From contig JBMORU010000001.1 of the NCBI GenBank assembly GCA_049322215.1, positions 772,023-836,022 of the forward strand: a stretch of 64,000 bases of DNA, read 5' to 3'. Positions 20,067-30,223 of this stretch are shown here, piece by piece. The stretch comes from Patescibacteria group bacterium. GTDB lineage: Bacteria; Patescibacteriota; WWE3; UBA101185; UBA10185. Position 1 is the stretch's first letter; each line of letters starts with the position of its first letter. The notes under the pieces are model-generated. The model did no database searches, was not told the origin of the DNA, and saw nothing but the letters and a program-made list of their open reading frames with translations. The translations under genes were made by a program, and so were the position numbers.

Positions 20067-22478
20067 ATGTCAACAACCAACCGAATTACTACTTTTATTG
20101 TATTTTTTATAAGTCTTTTTTTAGCATCCTCACAAATAAACACTTTAAATGCACAAACAACCTTAAAAATAAATGCTTATAAAGTAGTTTGTGATAGTGA
20201 AAGTGCTTTGCCAAACTGGGGAGATGGTGGAAAACCATCTGTAATTAATGAAACTACAGCTAAAGACTTTATAAACACCCATGAAAATTGCTATTTTGTT
20301 GAGAATTGGGCATTTCAATGGGGTTTTCACGATAAAGATCAAGGAATAACTCAAGGAGTAGACAAGTTAGTTGGTACTCACTTGGGTACAGCAAGCGGTA
20401 CTCCCTCAGTTTGTGACTACAACTGTGGCGTTAACACTAATAGTGGTAATGCATTTAATGAATGGAAACTTTTTGATACTACAACTGGCCCTTTAGGAAC
20501 ACCTGCAACAGTTGAAATAACTAATTTAGAGAATTCTCCTGGTATTTGGGTTAGAGAGGTATTAACGGCAGATTACATTCCTTATACATACCCAAATCAA
20601 GGAAGCACAGAAAATGATGTTACTGCCGAGTTATATTGTCACCAAGACATAGCTAACTTTGATAATTACGATTTAGTAAGTCCTATTTTCCTAGGTTCTA
20701 CATATAACTGTATTGCCTTTAATGTAATAAATGAACAACCTGTAGATTTGTGTCTAAATATTGAGGGTGTGCAAGAAGAAATACCTGAGAGTTTTTATTT
20801 TGACTCTGAGGTCGAAGCTTGTTTGCCTATTGAAGACGAAAAAGAAGAAGCTGTTTTAACAATATCAAAAGTCAATAATGCCAGTGAAAATAACAAAGAA
20901 ACGGGTGATAACGTAACTTATACAATAATTGTTTCTCTAAACGAAGATTCCCAGGAAGTAAAAAATGTAGAAGTAATTGACTTGCCACCTGAGGGTTTCT
21001 CATATGTTTTAGGGTCTTGGACATCCTCATCAGATGTAAGAGGTGACTTAAAAGACGAAGGCATTACAACTGAGCCTACTTATTCTTCTCCTGGTGTGTG
21101 GCAATTAGGCACTATGACTCCAGGTGAAACAGTTACTTTAACTTATGTAGCTAATATTTCAAGTTCTATAGATCCTGGGCTTTACAAAGATGCCGCATGG
21201 TCAAAAGGTATTGTAGGGTTAAATAATGTGTTTGCAAATGCAGACTCTGGGATTTTTGTAGGTACAACGGTAAACGTAGTAAAACCAGTATCTTATTCTG
21301 AAAACGTTGAAGTAGAAAAAGAAGTAAAAGAAGTTGTAGAAGAAGTTTTAGGTGCCTCTTCTCAACGCCTGTTACCTGCAACTGGTGCTAACACAATTTG
21401 GTTAGCCTCTGCAATTTTAGTGTTTGTATTTGGAGTTATCATGATTGGTTATTCTTTAGTTTTAAAAAGTAAAAAACTTAGAGCTTACTTAAGACTGTTT
21501 TCAGTTTTAATTGTTGCTGGATTAATATTTGTTAGTGGTTTTAGTTCAAATGTTTATGCAGCAGAATTGATTGTACGAATAGAAGAACCGAAGTCACCAA
21601 CAAATGATTCTACATTTGATATTAACTTTGTTGCGCTAGATATTAACAATAGACCAGTAACAATTAAATGCTATGGTAGAAATGTTTCTAATTCATTTGT
21701 GCAGCTAGGTTCTGATCAAAACCTTCAAGCAGGCGGAGATTCAGGAAACTGTAGTGTTGGAAACGACTTAATTACGAGAACAGGAGACTACGAATTTTAC
21801 GTTAAAGCTTTTGCCGAAAGTGACGAGGTTTCCTCCTCTATAGTTAAAGTAGTTTATGACGATACCCGCCCTGGGCAACCAAGAAGCTTTTCTAAATCTA
21901 AATTAGACTCTTGTAAGTACGAAATATCTTTTAAAACAGCAAAAGACGGTGGTGATACAACTAGAGTTGAAGTGTATCGTTCTTCTGAAAAGGACTTTGA
22001 CGCAGATTCAGAATCTTCAATAAAAAATATCGATATTGGTTCTGATAAAAAGGTAAAACTTGAAGTTGAACGCCCTGAATGTGGTAAAAAGTATTATTTC
22101 GCTGTTAGGGCATTTGATGCTGCAGGAAACGTGTCTAAGGTATTAGTAGAAACTGTTGAAGAAACAGAGACCACCATAGTAACTATTGAATCAAGTGTTA
22201 ATGCAGGACAGGGTCCAATTCCAGTTTCCGGTGATGTTGGTTTTGTACTATCTTCTTCAACTGGAAGCACTAACAATGGCTTAGAACTTGAAAATGGTGA
22301 TTTGTTAGGAGATAGCGTAGAGTCTACAGAAGCAGTAAGCGACATAGTAACTAACATACCTACTAACCCTGACTCAGACAGCGATGATACAACAAATAGA
22401 TTATTGTTTTGGGTACTAGTTATACTTGTGGCATTAGGAGTACTGTATGATATATACAGGAAAGTGGCTAAAAAGTAA
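20067..22478 (+). CDS. surface protein with DUF11-like domain, internal LPXTG and FN3-like second half
   Basis: Signal peptide; LTISK..GDNVTYTI..D.PPEG (DUF11-like); VLGA..LPATG + TM + KSKK mid-protein; YYFAVRAFDAAGNVS; C-terminal TM. Confidence 0.75.
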   Translation: MSTTNRITTFIVFFISLFLASSQINTLNAQTTLKINAYKVVCDSESALPNWGDGGKPSVINETTAKDFINTHENCYFVENWAFQWGFHDKDQGITQGVDKLVGTHLGTASGTPSVCDYNCGVNTNSGNAFNEWKLFDTTTGPLGTPATVEITNLENSPGIWVREVLTADYIPYTYPNQGSTENDVTAELYCHQDIANFDNYDLVSPIFLGSTYNCIAFNVINEQPVDLCLNIEGVQEEIPESFYFDSEVEACLPIEDEKEEAVLTISKVNNASENNKETGDNVTYTIIVSLNEDSQEVKNVEVIDLPPEGFSYVLGSWTSSSDVRGDLKDEGITTEPTYSSPGVWQLGTMTPGETVTLTYVANISSSIDPGLYKDAAWSKGIVGLNNVFANADSGIFVGTTVNVVKPVSYSENVEVEKEVKEVVEEVLGASSQRLLPATGANTIWLASAILVFVFGVIMIGYSLVLKSKKLRAYLRLFSVLIVAGLIFVSGFSSNVYAAELIVRIEEPKSPTNDSTFDINFVALDINNRPVTIKCYGRNVSNSFVQLGSDQNLQAGGDSGNCSVGNDLITRTGDYEFYVKAFAESDEVSSSIVKVVYDDTRPGQPRSFSKSKLDSCKYEISFKTAKDGGDTTRVEVYRSSEKDFDADSESSIKNIDIGSDKKVKLEVERPECGKKYYFAVRAFDAAGNVSKVLVETVEETETTIVTIESSVNAGQGPIPVSGDVGFVLSSSTGSTNNGLELENGDLLGDSVESTEAVSDIVTNIPTNPDSDSDDTTNRLLFWVLVILVALGVLYDIYRKVAKK

Positions 22479-23112
22479 GATTACCCGCTTATCGAAGTCT
22501 GATCTAGCTTTGTTATTTGGTTTAATACTAGTGGGCGTATCTATAGCTTGTATCTTTGTAGTTTTTTATCCAGTATTAAAAGAAGAGTTTAGATATAACT
22601 TTGAAAAACGATACGTAGACCCCAAAGTTTTACTTACTAACCCCAGCATAAAAGTTCCAGGATATATTGTACCTGTTGACACATCGTTTAGCGTTGTTAT
22701 TCCTAAAATTGGAGCTAATTCAAAAGTTGTGGCAAATGTGGATCCCTACAATTCTAATGAATATCAGGTTCAGCTAACAAAAGGGGTAGCACATGCTTTA
22801 GGTACAAGTTTTCCCGGAATGCCCGGGAACACCTTTTTGTTTGCACACTCATCAGGAAATATTTTTGAAGCAAATAAATACAATTCTATCTTTTATCTTT
22901 TAAATAAGTTGGAATACGGCGATGAAATTTTTGTAGCTTATTTTGGGGAGTTATATACATATAAAGTACATACAATTAAAGTTGTTGAAGCAGCAGATGT
23001 AGAATACCTTAAAGATGAAAACTCTGATAAATCAATGCTAACGCTAATGACCTGTTGGCCAGCAGGTACAACATTAAAAAGGTTAATTGTTCAGGCAGAC
23101 GTTATAAATTAA
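22447..23112 (+). CDS. sortase
   Basis: IPKIG, GVAH, FAHS, LTLMTCWP..RL catalytic His/Cys/Arg. Confidence 0.9.
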   Translation: MIYTGKWLKSKITRLSKSDLALLFGLILVGVSIACIFVVFYPVLKEEFRYNFEKRYVDPKVLLTNPSIKVPGYIVPVDTSFSVVIPKIGANSKVVANVDPYNSNEYQVQLTKGVAHALGTSFPGMPGNTFLFAHSSGNIFEANKYNSIFYLLNKLEYGDEIFVAYFGELYTYKVHTIKVVEAADVEYLKDENSDKSMLTLMTCWPAGTTLKRLIVQADVIN

Positions 23113-24602
23113 AGATATTCTGCTTGGTAAACGTGTACCCATAAGTATTTAGAAAACTGCTTTTTCTCAAGTTTTGTGAAGTGATTATCAAAATAGTTTC
23201 TCACTAATGCTGCATTTTCTAAATCTTCCGAAATTAAAAGGTACATTTTTTGATGTCCTTGTCTCAAAAATTCTGTATCTTTTTCAATAGTTTCTGCAGT
23301 TGCTGCTGGTATACCAGATTTTCTTCTATCCCAAAAAGGAATAGTTACCATACGCGCTTTTGAAGAGTAATAATACTGAACAGGATATATGTTGTAAGGT
23401 GGACTTAACAGTACTAAATCTCTAGGAGATGCGTTTTCATTTATATATTGAGTAGCAGCTCTATAATCTTCTACCTTAGGGTTATAACTGCTGGTTCTTT
23501 GGTTGTGGAGGGATATTAACATTAGCCCAAACAATAACACTAAAACACCATACTTCAATTTCCCTCTTATTTCATCGATATACCAGGCAATTAAAATGAA
23601 ATATAACGGTGTAGCAGATACCAAGTATCTTGTTAAATATACAGGCTTAGCTAAAACACTTACACCAAAGGTTAAAACTACAGGTAGTACAGTACCTAGT
23701 AAAAGAAAATATATCCAATAAGTAAAGGGGTCCTGTCTTTTGGTTAAAAATATAAAACCAAGTAGTATTATTAGTGGCCATAAACCAATAATAAATGCGG
23801 CATATTCTTCGGGTTGATACCCAAAAGTGAATTCGAAGAAGCTTAAAAACATATTAAAGCTATTTGGGGTGGTTAACGATGGTGCATATGTTCCGGCATT
23901 TGTAGCAGTGGCAAGCATACGTAGCCATGGAATAAAAGCTAAAATCAACGCTAGTGCAGAAATAACAAGTCCCCATAATATATAAATCTTCTTTGTTTCC
24001 TTGTTAATTTGTGTTTTCCATGCAGCTATAAAGAAAATTACTTGAACAAGTAAGACTAAACCAAAATAGTAATGGGTATAAATACCAAGAATGTTAAATA
24101 AAATATAACCTAAGTAATAACCAGGTTTGTGTGTTTTTATGATTTTTACAAAAAAGTAGTATGACATTATTGAGGCAAAGGTAAGTAGGGTATACATTCT
24201 AATTTCTCTGCTATACCAAACCCAAAAAGGGGATACTGCAGCTATTGTTGTAGCTATTAATGCTCGTTCTTTATCTAATACTTCTTTTGCAAGCAAGTAT
24301 ATTGCGGGTAAGCATAGTAGCCCAGGTATTAAGGCTAATGTTCTTACTGCGGTTTCAGAAGTACCAAATGTTTCCATCCAATAGTGTAGTAAGGTGTTAT
24401 GTAAGGGCAAGTGCACATTTTTAGCCATGTAAAAACGTATGTATTCAATAGTATGTGACGCTTGCCATACACTTTGAGCTTCGTCTAAACGTAATCCGCT
24501 ATAACCCAGCTTCCAAATGCGTAATAAAGATCCTATTAGAATAACTGTCACTAATAGTATTTGGTGAGCATATTTTTTATGTAATATACCTTGTTTATTC
24601 AA
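23109..24602 (-). CDS. GT-C (GT39/ArnT-like) glycosyltransferase
   Basis: LRLDE first loop, H.PL, WYSREIRMY, YTHY; many TMs. Confidence 0.85.
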   Translation of the reverse strand: MNKQGILHKKYAHQILLVTVILIGSLLRIWKLGYSGLRLDEAQSVWQASHTIEYIRFYMAKNVHLPLHNTLLHYWMETFGTSETAVRTLALIPGLLCLPAIYLLAKEVLDKERALIATTIAAVSPFWVWYSREIRMYTLLTFASIMSYYFFVKIIKTHKPGYYLGYILFNILGIYTHYYFGLVLLVQVIFFIAAWKTQINKETKKIYILWGLVISALALILAFIPWLRMLATATNAGTYAPSLTTPNSFNMFLSFFEFTFGYQPEEYAAFIIGLWPLIILLGFIFLTKRQDPFTYWIYFLLLGTVLPVVLTFGVSVLAKPVYLTRYLVSATPLYFILIAWYIDEIRGKLKYGVLVLLFGLMLISLHNQRTSSYNPKVEDYRAATQYINENASPRDLVLLSPPYNIYPVQYYYSSKARMVTIPFWDRRKSGIPAATAETIEKDTEFLRQGHQKMYLLISEDLENAALVRNYFDNHFTKLEKKQFSKYLWVHVYQAEYL

Positions 24603-26235
24603 TTTCTAATTCTCCTGTAGTTTCTTCATTAGACGCAAAAATTAATGCTTTATTAGATTCTTTTTGAGTAGCATGTTTTTCTTTAACTCTGAATAAAAAC
24701 TTTGATTTAGAATAGCTATATACTGGGTTTAAAAGTTTATTCCAATTGTAGCCAGCACGAATAAATCCAAAAAAGAATATGCTATTAAAAATAATCCATG
24801 CAATATTTGTTACAACCGATGGAATTAGTCCTTCCCTGGCAATTCCAATTCCAATTGCTATAACCCCCACAGTTATATAAGTTATATGGGGTATTGCAAG
24901 CTTTAAGAAATTACCTTCCTGAGCATCTTTTGGTGTTACATCAAAGGAGTCTTTTTTATTAAACAACACAGCTACCACGGCTTTTATCATTATGTAAAAG
25001 CTACTCATAGACATTTGAATTGCTCTAAAAGTTATTGTGTTATGAGTAGACATCATTAAAAGGTAAAGTGTAGAAAACATGAAAGGGAAGAAGTAAATCA
25101 TAAAATTGGTAGAGTTTTGATTTACAGGCATTAGTCCAGTACTTAAGGCAATTACTGGTATAAGTGCGTCTATTAAAATTACAATACCGTTTAGCCAGTA
25201 ACCAGATGAATACAAATACTGCACTTTTTGCCCCCAAGTTAGTTTTCTGTTAAGTAACGGATTATGTTTTAGTATTATTTCGAGTGAACCTCTTGCCCAT
25301 CTATATTGTTGTTTTGCGTAATCTTGCAGGTTATGAGGTGCCATACCTTCGGCTAATACTTCAGGCCAGTAAATAGACTTCCATCCATTTGAATGCAGGT
25401 AGTAAGACATTATAAAGTCTTCTGCAATATTGTCTTCTGGAAATCCTCCAACCTCTTCAACTGCAGACTTTCTTGCAACAAAATTTGTACCACAACAAAA
25501 TGTGGCATTCATTCTTACTTTTCCTCTACAAATTGGTCCAAAAAACAATTCCTGTTGTTCCCAGGCAGCTGTAGTTAAAAAGCTATTGTCTTTGTTTTGG
25601 TAATATTGAGGAGTTTGAACAAATGCTACTTTTTCATCTTTAAAAAAGCCCATTGTTTTTGTTAAAAAGTCTGCTCTAGGTACATGATCGGTATCAAATA
25701 AGGCTATAAAAGGTGCATCCACAAGATTTAATGCATTATTTACATTACCTGATTTTGCCCCTCCAGGTTCCTGTCTTGTAACTGCGGTAACGCCATATTT
25801 TTTTGCTACTTCATTATTTTCTTGCCATGGTGTTTTTATTTTTTTTGTCTTTTCAAAAACATATCCATCATTTAAAAAGTAAACCTCATAATTGGGGTAA
25901 TCTAGCTCAGTTGCAGCCTTTAAAATATTTTCTACAACCTCAGGGGGTTCTATACTTCCTACAATCATTATGGCAACTTTTGGGAATTCTTTTAGTTTAG
26001 CCAAACGTGGCTTTTTCTGATCCCAGATTGTATATGCGTAACCCAATGCTAAAAGCACATGATAAACCTCGCCAATAAATAATAACGAGTATAAAAGTAT
26101 GTTTCCTGCATTATTAAAATCAAGCCACCAGGTAAAGTAAATAAGTGTAAATACTACTGATAAAGAAATAATAAACTTTGGTACTTCAGTTGGTTTAGAA
26201 ATTATTTCATGCGGTGTTCTATTATCAATCTTCAT
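24595..26235 (-). CDS. GT2 cellulose synthase-like catalytic subunit (no PilZ)
   Basis: KSGN, DTD, QTPQ, FCCGT, AED, QQYRW and FDVTPK gating-loop-like motif. Confidence 0.88.
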   Translation of the reverse strand: MKIDNRTPHEIISKPTEVPKFIISLSVVFTLIYFTWWLDFNNAGNILLYSLLFIGEVYHVLLALGYAYTIWDQKKPRLAKLKEFPKVAIMIVGSIEPPEVVENILKAATELDYPNYEVYFLNDGYVFEKTKKIKTPWQENNEVAKKYGVTAVTRQEPGGAKSGNVNNALNLVDAPFIALFDTDHVPRADFLTKTMGFFKDEKVAFVQTPQYYQNKDNSFLTTAAWEQQELFFGPICRGKVRMNATFCCGTNFVARKSAVEEVGGFPEDNIAEDFIMSYYLHSNGWKSIYWPEVLAEGMAPHNLQDYAKQQYRWARGSLEIILKHNPLLNRKLTWGQKVQYLYSSGYWLNGIVILIDALIPVIALSTGLMPVNQNSTNFMIYFFPFMFSTLYLLMMSTHNTITFRAIQMSMSSFYIMIKAVVAVLFNKKDSFDVTPKDAQEGNFLKLAIPHITYITVGVIAIGIGIAREGLIPSVVTNIAWIIFNSIFFFGFIRAGYNWNKLLNPVYSYSKSKFLFRVKEKHATQKESNKALIFASNEETTGELEIE

Positions 26236-27448
26236 AGTCAGTTATCCCTTCTATATTATTTAAGTTAAGTAATTTATTTTCATATAAGGCCATTCCAAAC
26301 CACACCCAATTTTGTGAGTAATAACCTAAGTCTTTATTTTCATGGAATTTTTCTAAATCTTTATCATATAAAGAAGCAATTTTTGTTACGTAAATTTCTT
26401 TGGCTAGGTCTTCGTTTACTATTTGCATAGCAGGCAATATTGCTCCATATAAACTATTACTTTGATACGTAACCAAAGGGGTTCCGTTTTCAGCATAGCG
26501 GGCTAGTATTTTTCCTTCTTTAGTCCATTCATTTTGCAAAAAGGTTAATGATTCAAGATATTCTTTAGCTTGGGGATTGCGGTGCCATTTCCAATCAAGG
26601 GCAACTCGCCAGGGTACCCGTATTGCATCGTCAGAAAAGGCAACTGTTTTATCAAAATGCGAGGCCTTTAAAATTTCACCAGATGTTGGGTCAATACTTA
26701 CCCAGTCAGGAGGTAGTCCAACAGTGTTTTCTTTTTCCAACGGGTTTTCTTGTATTGTTTTTAAAACTTTGTATGAAGTGTCTCTTAACGCTAACCAATC
26801 GTGTTCTGGATCAACTTCTGCAAAAATTGGATATGCAGCAAAAGAGAAGTATGAAGGGTTTATTGTAGGAAAAGCTTCGCTTTTTGCCCAATTACCTGCA
26901 AGTAAGTATGGTTCGCCTTGTATCTCAATTACTTCTATTTCCCATATATCCGCAAGTATTTCCCGAGCTTGTTTTATATACCTTTCTTCGTTCCATCTTT
27001 TAGAAGCAAAAATTAAAGCTAGTGCTATGTCTTGATCTGCATCAGTAGCTGTGTTTAAGCCTCCTTCATCAAAAATTATTCCCCAGCTTCCATTTTTACT
27101 TTGTCCCCACATCCACGCGAATAGTTTATCTGTTTCTCTTTTTCTTAAGTTATTATTTGTCCAGGTTAATACTTTATCAAAGGTTGCTTTGTCGTCCATC
27201 CAAACAGCCCTAAGTAAAGAATAGGATTGTCCTTCAGAGGTAGTTAAATAATTTCTTTCTCTATCAATTGTTCTACCATCTTTTTGTATTTTATCTCTGT
27301 ATTCAAACCACAAGTTTTCTATTACTACATTGGGGTAAGTTTCTATAAAAATGTTTCTTTCAGGTGCTACAGGACTAATCATTGTTTGAGTTCCTATTAA
27401 GAAAGTTGTTATTAAATATTTAATTGTATTAACAATAGACTCGATCAT
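26225..27448 (-). CDS. GH8 glycoside hydrolase (BcsZ-like endoglucanase)
   Basis: TTSEGQSY, LFAW, ATDADQD, NPSY, DAIRVPW. Confidence 0.88.
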   Translation of the reverse strand: MIESIVNTIKYLITTFLIGTQTMISPVAPERNIFIETYPNVVIENLWFEYRDKIQKDGRTIDRERNYLTTSEGQSYSLLRAVWMDDKATFDKVLTWTNNNLRKRETDKLFAWMWGQSKNGSWGIIFDEGGLNTATDADQDIALALIFASKRWNEERYIKQAREILADIWEIEVIEIQGEPYLLAGNWAKSEAFPTINPSYFSFAAYPIFAEVDPEHDWLALRDTSYKVLKTIQENPLEKENTVGLPPDWVSIDPTSGEILKASHFDKTVAFSDDAIRVPWRVALDWKWHRNPQAKEYLESLTFLQNEWTKEGKILARYAENGTPLVTYQSNSLYGAILPAMQIVNEDLAKEIYVTKIASLYDKDLEKFHENKDLGYYSQNWVWFGMALYENKLLNLNNIEGITDYED

Positions 27449-27757
27449 TTTACCTTTTTAACGCAAAAAAAAGCACAGCAAGTAGCGTTAGTACATGTTA
27501 TGGGTTTAAAAAATCGTAAGTTTGTAACTGTCTAGAAAAACCCATAAATAAATAAAAATACATGGGGATTCCATGTATTTGAGTGGTAGCTATTACCTTA
27601 TAACTTCAACTTTATTGAAATTAACGATACGACAGTTCCATGCAGTGATAAATTATACAGAAAATAACACAAAATTCAAATATATATAGGATTAATTTTT
27701 TTGAAGAAGACTAGTGTTTACCTTGATTTACTTTTGCACTCTTATATACTTACAAAT

Positions 27758-28753
27758 ATGCAATTCATTTCAAATACAACCTATGATGATACTGCAACAG
27801 TTCAAAGATTCATAAGAACACTTGCCGGTGCTGTTTCACTTATATTGTTAATATTTATTCTTGTTTTGCCTGCTAGTGCTTTATCTACCGCTACTTTTGA
27901 TAATCCCTTTATATTTGGTTTACCTGCATTACTTTTAGGTTTTTGGGTAGCAAGTGTTGTTTCAAAAATGTTTTATATTTTACCTGAATGGCAAAAACTT
28001 GTTTTGTTGCGTTTAGGTAAATTTGTTGGCGTACGTGGTGCAGGGTTTTTTATAATTCCTCCCTTTATTTTTTCTGTTGCTTCTATAGTTGATATGCGCA
28101 TAGTTACGCAGCAGGTGGAAGCTACTGCCACATTAACTAAAGACAATGTACCTATCAAGGTAACAGCTGCGATAGAATATAAAGTAGAAGATCCGCGAAA
28201 AGCAGTTATTGACGTGCAAAATTATAGAACATCTGTAACCTGGCTCTCAACAGAAGCCCTTAAAAATACAATTGGTAGTTTAGACTTAAAAGAATTGCTA
28301 AGCGAACGTGAACAAATAGCTGAATCTTTAAGAAAACAAATAGATGAAGGCGCCGCAAGTTATGGAGTTGATGTTAAGGCGGTTCGAATTACCGATGTTG
28401 ATACTCCTCAATCGTTAATTGAAGAACTTGCAGTTATAGCTAGAGCTAGACGTGCATCTGAAGCTAAACAAATTCAGGCTGCAGCAGAAGTTCAAGTTGC
28501 TCAAAAAATGGTAGAAGCTAGTCGCTTGCTTAATACTTCCTCAAGTGGCATGAAGTTACGCGAGTTACAAGTATTAAGTGAAATGAGTAAGGAAGAAAGT
28601 TCTATGATAATAGTGTATCCTTACGGAGATGTAGATGGAAAAAGTTTAGCTCAAGCATCTGCAGGCAATATAAGCATGACAAAGCACAAAGACACACAGG
28701 AAAAAATTGAGGAATCAAGTGGAGAAATCTCAATCCCAACACAATACAACTAA
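27758..28753 (+). CDS. SPFH/stomatin (band 7) protein
   Basis: LRLGK, LTKDNV, ELLSERE, LRELQ; ATG 27758 lies 7 nt after TATACT. Confidence 0.9.
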   Translation: MQFISNTTYDDTATVQRFIRTLAGAVSLILLIFILVLPASALSTATFDNPFIFGLPALLLGFWVASVVSKMFYILPEWQKLVLLRLGKFVGVRGAGFFIIPPFIFSVASIVDMRIVTQQVEATATLTKDNVPIKVTAAIEYKVEDPRKAVIDVQNYRTSVTWLSTEALKNTIGSLDLKELLSEREQIAESLRKQIDEGAASYGVDVKAVRITDVDTPQSLIEELAVIARARRASEAKQIQAAAEVQVAQKMVEASRLLNTSSSGMKLRELQVLSEMSKEESSMIIVYPYGDVDGKSLAQASAGNISMTKHKDTQEKIEESSGEISIPTQYN

Positions 28754-29486
28754 AAAAGAACTAAAGGGAACTAATTTAGTGATAATTATAACAGTGATAG
28801 TTTCTTTGCTTGGAGCTTATTTTGTTGGCTCTAAAATAAGTTCTTTTAAATTCTCGTCAAAGTTTACATCTTCTTTAAACTCTGAAGAGTCTGTAGTAGT
28901 ACCCGACTTTGAACCTACTCAATCTGTAACTTTAGCTGTTGTTACTGGAGAAGATCATATTTATGGTGATGAATTCGCACCAATAGCAATTGTGGAATAT
29001 TCTGATTTAGAATGTTCTTTTTGTGGGACGTACAACAATACTATAAAGGAGTTTGTTGATAAAAATGAAGGCAAAGTTATGTGGGTATATAGGCATTTTC
29101 CTATAGAGAATTTGCACCAAAATGCACGACTTGCCGCTGAGGCTACTGAATGTGCCTACTCTATAGGTGGAGAAGATGTTTTTTGGAAAATGCTAGCTTC
29201 AATTCATGAAAGCGCCGATGAAGAAGGTAATATAGAAAAAGAAAAGCTTCCAGAGATAGCAAAAAATTTAAATATACATATAGGTGACTTTGAGGAATGT
29301 TTAGACACCAAAAAATTTGAACTTAAAGTAGAGAGTATATTTAATACAGGTCTTGTAGCTGGCGTAGAAAGCGTACCTACAACTTTTGTAATGCATATGG
29401 AAACAGGAGCACTAATTCCAATTGAAGGCTCAATTAGTGATAAAGTATTGCAGGCAGCAGTAAACGAAATGATGTCATACAAGTAA
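28707..29486 (+). CDS. DsbA/thioredoxin-like protein
   Basis: EYSDLECSFC, YRHFP, AAEATEC, GVESVPT; start uncertain. Confidence 0.85.
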   Translation: MRNQVEKSQSQHNTTKKELKGTNLVIIITVIVSLLGAYFVGSKISSFKFSSKFTSSLNSEESVVVPDFEPTQSVTLAVVTGEDHIYGDEFAPIAIVEYSDLECSFCGTYNNTIKEFVDKNEGKVMWVYRHFPIENLHQNARLAAEATECAYSIGGEDVFWKMLASIHESADEEGNIEKEKLPEIAKNLNIHIGDFEECLDTKKFELKVESIFNTGLVAGVESVPTTFVMHMETGALIPIEGSISDKVLQAAVNEMMSYK

Positions 29487-29533
29487 TTTTGTAACTATTC
29501 TACTTTTTCCTCTAGGCATGCTAAAATGCTCGA

Positions 29534-30223
29534 ATGGACTGCGGAAAGCTATTTATCGTGCCTACACCAATAGGCAATTTGGGAGATATTTCTCAAAGAG
29601 CACTTAAAGTTTTGTCCGAAGTATCTGTTATTCTTTCTGAAGATACAAGGGAAACGAAGAAATTACTAGATAAATACAACATAAATACCTCTCAAATATC
29701 ATATAGGGATCAAAACCATTCTAAAGTTTTAAATCAAATACTTACACTACTTAGTAGTGGACAAGATGCGGCCTTAGTTTCAGATAGTGGTGCACCTTTA
29801 GTATCAGATCCTGGATTTAAACTTATATCTCACTTGAGAACAGAAAACTACGAAATTATTTCGATACCAGGACCGTCTGCAGCTATATCTGCGCTTATTG
29901 CTTCGGGGTTGCCCACAGATAAATTTAGTTTTTTAGGTTTTTTGCCCAAGAGTAAAGGCAAGAAAAAAGAAATTTTAACCTCTTTTGGTTCTTTAGATTC
30001 TACATTGATAATATATGAATCACCCTATAGAATAGGAAGGTTATTGCTGGATGTTGAAGAAATTTTAGGAAATCGCTTTGTTTGTATTGCGTCAGAAATT
30101 AGTAAAATTCATGAGCAATATTTGTACGGTTCAATTAGTGATGTAACTAAGGAGCTAAGCAACACAAAAGTAAAAGGTGAATATGTTTTATTAATAGCAA
30201 AAAAAGGATTTAAACATGCTTGA
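29534..30223 (+). CDS. rsmI: 16S rRNA C1402 2'-O-methyltransferase
   Basis: LFIVPTPIGNLGDIS.RA, EDTR, SDPG, YESP.R, KGE. Confidence 0.93.
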   Translation: MDCGKLFIVPTPIGNLGDISQRALKVLSEVSVILSEDTRETKKLLDKYNINTSQISYRDQNHSKVLNQILTLLSSGQDAALVSDSGAPLVSDPGFKLISHLRTENYEIISIPGPSAAISALIASGLPTDKFSFLGFLPKSKGKKKEILTSFGSLDSTLIIYESPYRIGRLLLDVEEILGNRFVCIASEISKIHEQYLYGSISDVTKELSNTKVKGEYVLLIAKKGFKHA

